Assembly (NCBI GenBank): GCA_040386535.1
Contig: JAZKFH010000086.1
Coordinates: 1 to 20,386 of the forward strand
Origin: Myxococcota bacterium
GTDB lineage: Bacteria; Myxococcota_A; UBA796; SXON01
DNA length: 20,386 nucleotides
Direction of reading: 5' to 3'
Shown in pieces: positions 1-8,662 of this stretch; position 1 is the stretch's first letter, and each line of letters starts with the position of its first letter. The position numbers were made by a program, and so were the translations under genes. The notes beneath the pieces are model-generated. The model was not told where the DNA came from. It did not search any database and saw only the letters and a program-made list of their open reading frames with translations.

Positions 1-113
1 GTGGCCGCCCAGCGGCCACGGAGCCACCCCCTGACGCGCAGGTACCCGCTCGGTGGCCGCCCAGCGGCCACGGAGCCACCCCCTGACGCGCAGGTACCCG
101 CTCGGTGGCCGCC
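1..113. repeat. Exact 52-bp tandem repeat (1-52, 53-104, partial 105-113)
   Basis: gtggccgcccagcggccacggagccaccccctgacgcgcaggtacccgctcg occurs twice identically and starts with a gtggccgc-cca-gcggccac hairpin. It may continue left of the window. Confidence 0.95.
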
Positions 114-318
114 GAGCGCTCGACGAGGTTGAAGACGGTGGCTGGGGGGCGCGCTACCCGGCGGTCCGCCCACGATCAGCCGCCCGGACGGGTCAGGGCT
201 CCGGAGGGCGGCCGGTCCGCCGGCCGGGCCGGCCGGGCGTCCGCGACGGGCCGACCAAGCCCGGGAGGGCGCGCCCGGCGGAGCCCGACCCGACCGGCTC
301 CGCGGGCGGGAGGCGCCC
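76..318 (+). repeat. Dispersed ~250-bp repeat, copy A
   Basis: 194-318 is near-identical to 2754-2878 (125 bp). 76-142 aligns with 1106-1165, including cgctcgacg(a/t)ggttgaagacggtggc. Confidence 0.85.
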
Positions 319-328
319 ATCGGCGCAG

Positions 329-583
329 TCCCGGAGTTCAGCGCGCCGAACTCGCCGGATGCGACGCCATCCCCCCAGTTCGGCGCGCGGGACGCGCCGA
401 ACTCGCCGGATGAGACGCTATCCCCCGAGTTCGGCGCGCTGGACGCGCCGAACTGGCCCGATGAGACGCTATCCCCCAGTTCGGCGTGCTGGACGCGCCG
501 AACTCGCCGGATCCCCCGAGTTCGGCGCGCTGGACGCGCCGAACTCGCCGGGTGAGACGCTATCCCCCCAGTTCGGAGCGCCG
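329..583. repeat. Array 1 of a 51-bp palindromic unit (REP/BIME-like)
   Basis: Unit atccccc(g/c)agttcggcgcgctggacgcgccgaactcgccggatgagacgct starts at 369, 420, 471 (shortened to 40 bp), 511 and 562 (partial), with a partial copy at about 329. Confidence 0.92.
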
Positions 584-591
584 AGGTCCGA

Positions 592-777
592 GGTCATGCC
601 CCCTTCAACGCCGCTAAATCGGAGCCATGCCCCCGTGAACGCCCAAATCGAGGCTCACTCCGCACGCCCTCTACGGAGCAAGCGGCATTTTTCGCGCTGG
701 GGCAAGCGCTTGCAGCCTGGATCCGTGCATTCAACCAGACATGACTCCGTGCCGCGTGCACTCATGGGGACATGACC
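592..777. promoter_or_regulatory. Core of four related ~20-bp boxes arranged as two inverted pairs, 31-bp spacing
   Basis: Plus strand: ggtcatgcccccttcaacgc (592) and agccatgcccccgtgaacgc (623). Minus strand: ggtcatgtccccatgagtgc (777) and agtcatgtctggttgaatgc (746). Function is inferred only. Confidence 0.5.
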
Positions 778-857
778 CTGCGGTTGGGCTCCCGCGGCGC
801 CCTCCGCGATCGGAGCTGCCCGTGGGCTCCAGCGACCCCGGGAGCCACGGCCTGCTG

Positions 858-1029
858 GGACGCGCCGAACTGGCCGGATGAGACGCCATCCCCCGAGTTC
901 GGCGCGCTGGACGCGCCGAACTCGCCGGATGCGACGCTATCCCCCGAGTTCGGCGCGCTGGACGCGCCGAACTGTCCGGATGAGACGCTATCCCCCCAGT
1001 TCGGCGCGCGGGACGCGCCGAACTCGCCG
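858..1029. repeat. Array 2 of the same 51-bp palindromic unit
   Basis: Units start at 888, 939 and 990, plus a partial copy at 858-887; same orientation as array 1. Confidence 0.92.
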
Positions 1030-1172
1030 AAGGCGCAACCTTCGCGACCACCGCTCCTCTGTCGAGCAGGTGGGTCCGCAGGAAGGGGATCACACCCCCA
1101 GGCGCCCACCCCCGGACGAGCACATACCCCCTCGGTGTCCGCTCGACGTGGTTGAAGACGGTGGCCCGGCGC

Positions 1173-2711
1173 AGTAGCGTCCCGTCAAGTGGTGTACGAC
1201 GATCACGGGGGTGCTCGTCAGGGGCCTCATGGACTGGGTGGAGGGGGTCTTGGACAGCCGTCAGGCTGGACCAATCTGGATAAACGGCGAAGGTGGAACG
1301 CAGGGCCGCCTTCGCCCGCGGTGTGAAGCAACACGGACGTCGGGAGGCAGTAGTGGGCAGGGACGAGCCCCGGGGATCTACTTCGCGGCGATCTGGGCGT
1401 TCTCCGATGGAGCGGCCACCGCCTGCATCGACTCGATGCTGAAGTAGCGGCGTCCCACCGACCACTCGTCGTGCTGCTCGACGAGGAGCATGGTCACGAG
1501 GCGCAGCAGCGAGGCGTCGTTCGGGAAGATGCCGACCACATCGGTCCGGCGCCGGATCTCCCGGTTCAGGCGCTCCAGCGGGTTGGTGGAGCGGATCTGC
1601 CGCCAGTGGAGCTCGGGGAAGCTCATGTAGGCCAGCACGTCCTCCTCGCCCTCCCGCGCGCAGTTGGCGGCCTTCGGGTACTTGGCCTCCAAGAGCTCGA
1701 TCGCCTTGCCGAAGAACTCCTTCGCGGACGCCAGGTTCGACTGGTCGAACGCGGTGCGGAAGGCCCCGGCCGCCAGCCGCTGGGCAGACCTGGGCAGGAG
1801 CGCCAGCACGTTGCGCAGAAAGTGCACGCTGCAGCGCTGCCAGGTCGTCCCGATGAGCACGCTGGCCACGGCCTTCCGCAGGCCCGCGTGGGCGTCGGAG
1901 ATGACCATCTGCACCCCCTTCAACCCCCGCGTCACCAGGCTCTCCAGGAATGCCTTCCAGCAGCTCTCCATCTCGCCCGCGGCGACGCCCACGCCGATGA
2001 TCTCGCGCTCGCCCGTCGCGGCGACAGCCGTGGCCACGAGCACCGCCTTGGAGATCGTCCGACCTCCCTCGCGGACCTTGACGTAGAGGGCGTCCAGCCA
2101 GATGTACGGGTACGCCCTGTCCAACGGCCGCTCCCGGAACACCTTCGCGTCCGCGTCGAGCGTAGCGGACATCCGCGACACCTCTGACCGCGTCACGCCC
2201 TTGGCGCCCATCGCCTCCATGAGCTCCTCCACCTTCCGCGTGGAGACGCCGAGCACGTACGCCTCGGACACGACGTTCACGAACGCCTGCTCCCAGCGCC
2301 GGCGCGGCTCGAGGAAGCTCGGGAAGTACGTCCCGTGTCGAACCCGCGGGATCTCGAGCGGCACGGTGCCGAGCCGCGTCTCGAGCTCCCGTTCGCGGTA
2401 GCCGTTGCGACTGTTCTGACGCTCGTCGGTGCGCGTTCCGTAGGCCGCGGCGCAGAGCGCAGAAACCTCGGTCTCCATGAACTGAGTCAGCGCATTCACG
2501 AGGGTCTGCCGAAAGAAGTCCTGGGGCACGCCCTCGGCGAACTTGCGAAAGAGTTCGGGTGCATGTACGTGCGGATCGGGCATCGGGGGTCTCCGGTGTG
2601 GTTGACGTGTAAAGACCCCTTAGGAGACCCTCGTGACCTTCTCCACCCCCTCGGTGGAGAACCGCGTCGTCAGCTGGCGCTTGCTCGTACACCATGTGTT
2701 GGGACGCTATC
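1173..2711 (-). mobile_element. IS256-family insertion sequence, 1539 bp, apparently intact
   Basis: Terminal IRs agtagcgtcccgtcaagtggtgtacga (1173-1199) and, on the minus strand, gatagcgtcccaacacatggtgtacga (2711-2685). Flanks cccggcgc (1165-1172) and gccggcgc (2712-2719) form a 7/8 target duplication. Confidence 0.9.
1378..2583 (-). CDS. IS256-family (Mutator-type) DDE transposase, 401 aa
   Basis: Motifs RNGYR-R-L-T-LG, YIWLDAL, VISDAHAGL, WQRCSVHF and STNPLERLNREIRRR; GGAG RBS upstream of the ATG. Confidence 0.97.
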   Translation of the reverse strand: MPDPHVHAPELFRKFAEGVPQDFFRQTLVNALTQFMETEVSALCAAAYGTRTDERQNSRNGYRERELETRLGTVPLEIPRVRHGTYFPSFLEPRRRWEQAFVNVVSEAYVLGVSTRKVEELMEAMGAKGVTRSEVSRMSATLDADAKVFRERPLDRAYPYIWLDALYVKVREGGRTISKAVLVATAVAATGEREIIGVGVAAGEMESCWKAFLESLVTRGLKGVQMVISDAHAGLRKAVASVLIGTTWQRCSVHFLRNVLALLPRSAQRLAAGAFRTAFDQSNLASAKEFFGKAIELLEAKYPKAANCAREGEEDVLAYMSFPELHWRQIRSTNPLERLNREIRRRTDVVGIFPNDASLLRLVTMLLVEQHDEWSVGRRYFSIESMQAVAAPSENAQIAAK

Positions 2712-2878
2712 GCCGGCGCCGCGCGCGCGCCCCGATCACACGCCCCGCCGCGCCAGGGCTCCGGAGGGCGGCCGGTCCGCCGGCCGGTCCGGCCGGGCGT
2801 CTGCGACCGGCCGACCAAGCCCGGGAGGGCGCGCCCGGAGGAGCCCGACCCGCCCGGCTCGGCGGGCGGGAGGCGCCC
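2712..2878 (+). repeat. Dispersed repeat copy B, right part (left part 1106-1172; interrupted by IS256)
   Basis: 2754-2878 matches 194-318 with a few substitutions. Confidence 0.85.
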
Positions 2879-2889
2879 GTGGAACAAGC

Positions 2890-4596
2890 CTAGAACCCAC
2901 CCCCCCGCACCCGATACACCGTCGCCCCCTCCAACGGCCCGCGCCCCCACCCGAACGGCAGCGGACCGAGCGTCTCGGCGTAGAGGCCGATGCCCGCGTC
3001 GAGGTCGACGATGCGCACGGGGAACGTGTCGGCCGACGCGACGTGCCGGTAGGGCTCGAGCGTCGTGAGGTCGACCGTGCCCGCCGAGGCGTTCTCGGCC
3101 ACGACGACCCACGTGCCCGCGGGCAACACCTCGTCGGGGCGGTAGCGGGCCCAACCGGCCGCCTCCATCTCGCCGCGGAAGCTCCACTCGCCCGCGAAAC
3201 GCCCGTTGGACGCGCCTCCGGCGCCTGCCGTCCCGCCGGCCGCAGCGCCCGTGGTCCCCCCGCCCGCGCCCGAACCCACCACCGCCCCCACCGCCCCGAT
3301 CGCCGCCCGCGCCACCTCCACTCCGGCTGCGGCGAAGCGGTAGTCCGCCACCGCGAGGACCAGCGCCACGACGCCGGAGAGCGCCGCGGAGGCGCGCAGG
3401 AGGCCCTTGCCCCACGGCACCTCCTCGCCGCTGCGGGTCAACATCAGGGCCAGCGGGGCGGCGGCCGGAAGCAGGTAGCGGGCCGAGGCGTAGTTGTGCA
3501 CGAACACGACGCCGAGCACGGTCGCCACGACCCACGCGCCGAGGAGGAGGGGATCGCCGCGGTCGCCCTTGCGGCGCTTGACGGGGCTGCGGAACACCGC
3601 GACGACCGCCCGGATGAGCAAGGCGCCGCCGAGACCCGCGAGCCCGACGAGCATGGTCGACATCACGATGGGCATCTCGGTCGGGCGCGCGCCGAGCACC
3701 GCCACGAGCGCCAGGGCGAGGCCGCCCGCGAGGATGCGCGGATCCGCCCGCACCAGGACCAGCGGCAGGGCGAGCAGGGCGCCGCGGACGAGGGTGCCGA
3801 GCGCGCGCGCGCCAAGATCGCCGGCCTCGATCTCGTGGCGTCGAAGCCACACTTCCCACGGGTGCGGCCGGCCGTACAGCGCCCAGAGCGGGCCCTCCAC
3901 GGCCGCGACCACGGCGAACAGGGCGAACCACAACCACGGGCGCGGCCCGAGACGGGTCATGTGGAAGGCCAGCACGGGCACGAGCACGGCCATGGAGTAC
4001 TTGGTCTCGATCGCGGCGCCGAGCGCGAGGCCGCTCGCGACGAACCAGCGCTGGTCCTCGTCGACGAGGCCCTCGCGGTAGGCGGCCATGGCGAACGTGG
4101 CGAGGGCCACCGCGGGCAGGTCGATCATCCACGTGTCGTGAAGGGCGAGCAGCACGATGGGGCTGGCGAGCCACATGGCGGCGGCGAGATCGGGGTGCCG
4201 GCACGTGCGCGCGGCGAGGCGGACGACGCTGTACGCGAACAGCACGATCCACGGCAGGCCCGCCACGGCGCGGAGGGCCACGCCCGGCGTCGGCGCCACC
4301 ACCGCGCAGAGCTTGAGCCAGAGGACATGCAGCGGCGGGTGGGCCCACGCGTAGGCGTCGGCGTCGTAGGGCGGCCACGCACGGACCCAGTCGTAGGGGC
4401 GCCCAACATCGAGGTGGGCGGCGATCCAGAGGTAGCCCTCCTCGTCGATCGCGGGCGCCTTGCCGAGGAAGGGGAGGGTGACGAGCACGGCGGCCGCGAT
4501 CAACCAATACGGAGGCGTCGCGACGGTGCGGGTGCGCACGAGCTCGACGGGCGCTGCGTCGCCGGGGCGCTGGTGCTCGCGCCCCCGGGGGCTCAC
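2890..4596 (-). CDS. Polytopic membrane glycosyltransferase, GT-C/ArnT-PMT-like, ~568 aa
   Basis: TM helix followed by IDEEGY, then HPPL, MIDLP and ETKYS motifs and many TM segments. Start taken as the GTG overlapping the dapE stop (GTGA); GTG at 4539 is an alternative. Confidence 0.75.
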   Translation of the reverse strand: MSPRGREHQRPGDAAPVELVRTRTVATPPYWLIAAAVLVTLPFLGKAPAIDEEGYLWIAAHLDVGRPYDWVRAWPPYDADAYAWAHPPLHVLWLKLCAVVAPTPGVALRAVAGLPWIVLFAYSVVRLAARTCRHPDLAAAMWLASPIVLLALHDTWMIDLPAVALATFAMAAYREGLVDEDQRWFVASGLALGAAIETKYSMAVLVPVLAFHMTRLGPRPWLWFALFAVVAAVEGPLWALYGRPHPWEVWLRRHEIEAGDLGARALGTLVRGALLALPLVLVRADPRILAGGLALALVAVLGARPTEMPIVMSTMLVGLAGLGGALLIRAVVAVFRSPVKRRKGDRGDPLLLGAWVVATVLGVVFVHNYASARYLLPAAAPLALMLTRSGEEVPWGKGLLRASAALSGVVALVLAVADYRFAAAGVEVARAAIGAVGAVVGSGAGGGTTGAAAGGTAGAGGASNGRFAGEWSFRGEMEAAGWARYRPDEVLPAGTWVVVAENASAGTVDLTTLEPYRHVASADTFPVRIVDLDAGIGLYAETLGPLPFGWGRGPLEGATVYRVRGGGF

Positions 4597-5724
4597 GGTG
4601 TGGTCAGCGGTGTCTTCAAGAAGTGGGCGAGCTGGTCGTACGCGGTGTGGAGGAGCGCGACCTCGGCGTACTCGCCGGCCTGGTGGGCCTGGGCGGAGCA
4701 GCCGGGGCCGAAGTTCACGGCGTCGACCCCCACCTCGGAGAGGCGGGCCACGTCGGTCCACGCCTGCTTGGCGGTCACGGCGTTGCCGGTCTGCGCGAGG
4801 AAACGCTGGAGGTGCGGGTTGCCGGTCACGACGCGGCCCGACGGCGCGCGCTCGGTGATGGCGATCTCGGGCGGAGTGGCGCCCGCGGGCAACGACGCGG
4901 CAACCAGCGCGCGGATCTCGGCCTCCGCGTCGGCCACGGAGCGGCCCGGCGCGAAGCGGAAGTTGACGTTCACCTCGAACCGGTCGGGGATGACGTTGCG
5001 GGCGCGGCCGCCGCTCGCGAGGGTGGCGCTCTTGACCTCGCGGAACAGGTGGTCGCCACACCACACGTCGACCGGGGCGAGCGCCCCCAGCGCCACGAGC
5101 AGGCCCCCGGCGGCGTGGATGGCGTTGGCGCCCTGCCAGGGCCGCGCCGAGTGCGCCGCGCGGCCGAGGAACGTGACCTTCGCGTGCAGCGTGCCGAGGC
5201 AGCCCACCTGGACCTCGTTGTCCGAAGGCTCCAGGCAGAACGCGAGCGCGGCGCTGGTGAGCCAGGGCGCGGCGTCGAGCGTGGGGCCCAGGCCGCTCTC
5301 GGCCCAGGGGCCCTCTTCGCGGTCGTAGAACACCATCCCCACGTCCCAGGGCAGCGCCGCGAAGTCGAGCCGCTCGGCGAGCGCCAACATGACGGCGAGC
5401 CCGCCCTTCATGTCGCTGGAGCCGAGCCCGACGATGCGCGAGCCCTCGCGGTAGGGGGCGTCCATCACACCCTTGACGGGCCCGCTGGGCGGCACCGTGT
5501 CGGTGTGTCCGACGAGCAGGATCAGCGGGCGGCCGCGGTCCGGCCCGCGCGCGAGCACGGTGGCGCCGACGCGGGAGAGGGTCAGCCCGGTGGGCGCGAG
5601 CGCCTGCTCGACCCACGCGGCGCACGCCGCCTCGTTTCCCGTGACGCTGGGGATGGCGCAGAGCGCGAGGGTCAGCGCCTCGACACGCGCATGCGCCTCC
5701 GCGGCCGCTTCAGACGGAGACCCT

Positions 5725-5738
<14 letters not shown>
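4593..5738 (-). CDS. dapE: Succinyl-diaminopimelate desuccinylase (M20 family)
   Basis: GHTDTVP, SDMKGG, DREEG, HSARPWQG-NAIH, WTDVAR and NFGPG-AH motifs; follows dapD. Confidence 0.92.
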
Positions 5739-6525
<787 letters not shown>

Positions 6526-6583
6526 GGGACTCACCAGATGGAGCGCTCCTAACCGGGACGCGCGGGGCTCGCGGTTCGCGCCC

Positions 6584-7729
6584 CTACAGGATCGCGCGCC
6601 AGGCGGCGACCGCGGCGCGGCAGGTCTCCACGTCGGGTACCAGCGCGAGGCGCACGTACTCGTTTCCCGCGTCGGTCACGGCGAAGGAGGCCCCCGGGTA
6701 GGACAGGATCCCCGCTTCGAGCAGCTTCTCGGCGTAGGCCATCCCGGTGACGCCCGCCGGCGCGCGCACCCACAGGTAGAAGCTCGCCGCGCTCGCGACG
6801 ACCTCGATGCCGGCCTCCTGGAGAAAGTCGAGGAGCACCTTGCGCTTGGCCGCGAAGATGTGGCGGCGCTCCTCGGCGTGGTCGTCGTCCCGCCAGGCGG
6901 CGGCGGCGGCGGTGTTCACGAAGTCCTGCGGCGCGAGGCCGGGGTTGGCGCGCAGCTCGCGAAGCTTGCGCATGACCGCGGGATCACCGGCGATGATCCC
7001 CGATCGGTAGCCCGTCATGCCGCTGCGCTTCGACAGGCTGAAGACCGCGAGCACCCCCTCCCGCGCGACCTGCAGGATGGACGGCGGCGGCTCGTCGAAC
7101 CACGTGTCCATGTAGCACTCGTCCGACACGAGCAGGATGTCGTGCGCCCGGCACACTTCCCAGGTGCGACGCAGATCCTCGTGGGACATCACCGCGCCGC
7201 ACGGGTTGTGCGGGGTGTTGATCCACACCATGCGGGTGCGCGCGAGCACGTCCTCCGGCATCTCCCAGATGCGCTGCACGAAATCGCCCGAGAGGCGCTG
7301 GGGGATGGGCTCGCCGCCCGCGAGCACGGCGCCGCGGTAGTACACCGAGTAGCCGGGGTCGGGGAAGATCACGCCGCGGTCGGGCGCGTCGGGATCGATG
7401 ACCAGCAGGGGCAGGTGGAACACCGCCTCCTTGCTGCCCGAGGTGGGGAGGATCTCGGTGGCGGGATCGAGCGACACGCCAAGGCGCCGCTCGGCCCAGC
7501 CGGCGAAGGCCTCGCGGACATCGGGCTCGCCGAGCACCGTGGGGTAGCGGCAGTTGTCGGGCACCGAGGCGCGCATCGCGTCGCGGATGAACGCGGGCGT
7601 GGGCTCGGTGGGGTCACCCGTGCCGAAGTCGTAGACCGGGCGGCCTTCGGCGCGCAGGCGGTCGCGGACCCGATCGAGGGCGACGGTGGGGTAGGTCGGG
7701 AGCTGGCCGAGGCGGGGATTGGGGCGCAC
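6584..7729 (-). CDS. dapC: PLP-dependent class I/II aminotransferase, probable succinyldiaminopimelate transaminase
   Basis: GSKEA, NTPHNPCG, SDECY and SLSKRSGMTGYRSG (PLP lysine); first gene before dapD-dapE. Start GTG 7729 is inferred. Confidence 0.85.
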   Translation of the reverse strand: MRPNPRLGQLPTYPTVALDRVRDRLRAEGRPVYDFGTGDPTEPTPAFIRDAMRASVPDNCRYPTVLGEPDVREAFAGWAERRLGVSLDPATEILPTSGSKEAVFHLPLLVIDPDAPDRGVIFPDPGYSVYYRGAVLAGGEPIPQRLSGDFVQRIWEMPEDVLARTRMVWINTPHNPCGAVMSHEDLRRTWEVCRAHDILLVSDECYMDTWFDEPPPSILQVAREGVLAVFSLSKRSGMTGYRSGIIAGDPAVMRKLRELRANPGLAPQDFVNTAAAAAWRDDDHAEERRHIFAAKRKVLLDFLQEAGIEVVASAASFYLWVRAPAGVTGMAYAEKLLEAGILSYPGASFAVTDAGNEYVRLALVPDVETCRAAVAAWRAIL

Positions 7730-7849
7730 GCGCTGACGTATTGCCGCGCCGCTTTTTTGTCGCCCTTCGTCGCTCGGCGGAGAGGGCGGGCCCGAGGGAG
7801 CCACGGGCGGGCGCCGGGCCCACGGGCCGGGCACGGGGTAGAACAGCCC

Positions 7850-8656
7850 ATGGAAACCTCGCCGATCACCGATGCCTTTGCCCCGGTCCGCGCGCTCCGG
7901 CACGGCGCCGACGCGCTCCAGCGCGCCCCGGTAGGGCTCCTGGTGGGCGGCGCCCTCCTCCTCCTGCTCGACACGTGCGCGGGCTCCGGCGGCAACCAGG
8001 GCGATCTGGCCGAGGTCACCCAGCACCTCGACGAGGCCCAGGCACGCCTCGTCGTCGGCTTCGCCTGGCTCCTCACCGTCGTCGCCATCGCCTCGTTCTT
8101 CCTCCGCTGCTGGCTCCTCCCGGGGTGGCTGCGCCTGCATCGCCACGTGCTCCAGACCGGTCAGGACGCGCTGGGGACCCTCTTCGGCGGTGGGGACGTC
8201 TTCCTCCGCATGCTCGGCTGGCAGATCCTCAACAAGGTCATCCTGCTGGGCACCTTCGTCGTCGCGGCGCTGCCCGGCGGCGCGCTGATGGCGCTGGGCG
8301 CGGCCCAGGAGAACGACATCCTCGGGGCCGTCGGCGCCCTGCTCCTCATCGTGCTGGCCTTGCCCGTGCTCGTCTACGTGTGGCTCGGCCTCGTGCTCGG
8401 CGACTTCGCCGTGGCCCTGGAGAACCTCGGGCCGGTCGCGACGCTGGACCGTACGTGGGAGCTCGCGCGCGGCAACCGCCTCCGGCTCGGCGTGTTCTTC
8501 GGCGTGATGGAGCTCTTCAGCCTGCTCGGGGTCCTGCTGTGCTGCGTGGGCGTGTTCCTCACCCGCCCCATCGCGCAGATCGGGGCCACCGAGGCGTACC
8601 TGCTCGCGACGGTGCCCGGGGCGAAGGACTGGGTGGTGCCGGGGGAGGCGCCGTAG
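7850..8656 (+). CDS. Integral membrane protein, DUF975/GDPD-membrane-domain-like, 268 aa
   Basis: About 5 hydrophobic segments and a LD-TWELARGN-LRL...LLCCVGVFLT-P pattern; coding-like codon usage. Confidence 0.75.
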   Translation: METSPITDAFAPVRALRHGADALQRAPVGLLVGGALLLLLDTCAGSGGNQGDLAEVTQHLDEAQARLVVGFAWLLTVVAIASFFLRCWLLPGWLRLHRHVLQTGQDALGTLFGGGDVFLRMLGWQILNKVILLGTFVVAALPGGALMALGAAQENDILGAVGALLLIVLALPVLVYVWLGLVLGDFAVALENLGPVATLDRTWELARGNRLRLGVFFGVMELFSLLGVLLCCVGVFLTRPIAQIGATEAYLLATVPGAKDWVVPGEAP

Positions 8657-8662
8657 CCCCGC

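Noticed and set aside
329..1029. CRISPR array
   Set aside because: The sequence between palindromes is itself repeated, so there are no unique spacers, and no cas genes are in the window.
1030..1172. Possible gene remnant ATVFNHVERTPRGYVLVRGW on the minus strand
   Set aside because: It looks protein-like, but the paralogous copy near 76-142 has a 7-bp indel and I recognise no family; too weak to call a pseudogene.
53..1177. ORFs 53-775, 772-1155, 762-1109 and 878-1177 as genes
   Set aside because: They stay open because of high GC and the 51-bp period. One unit is shortened to 40 bp, breaking frame, and there is no RBS or recognisable domain.
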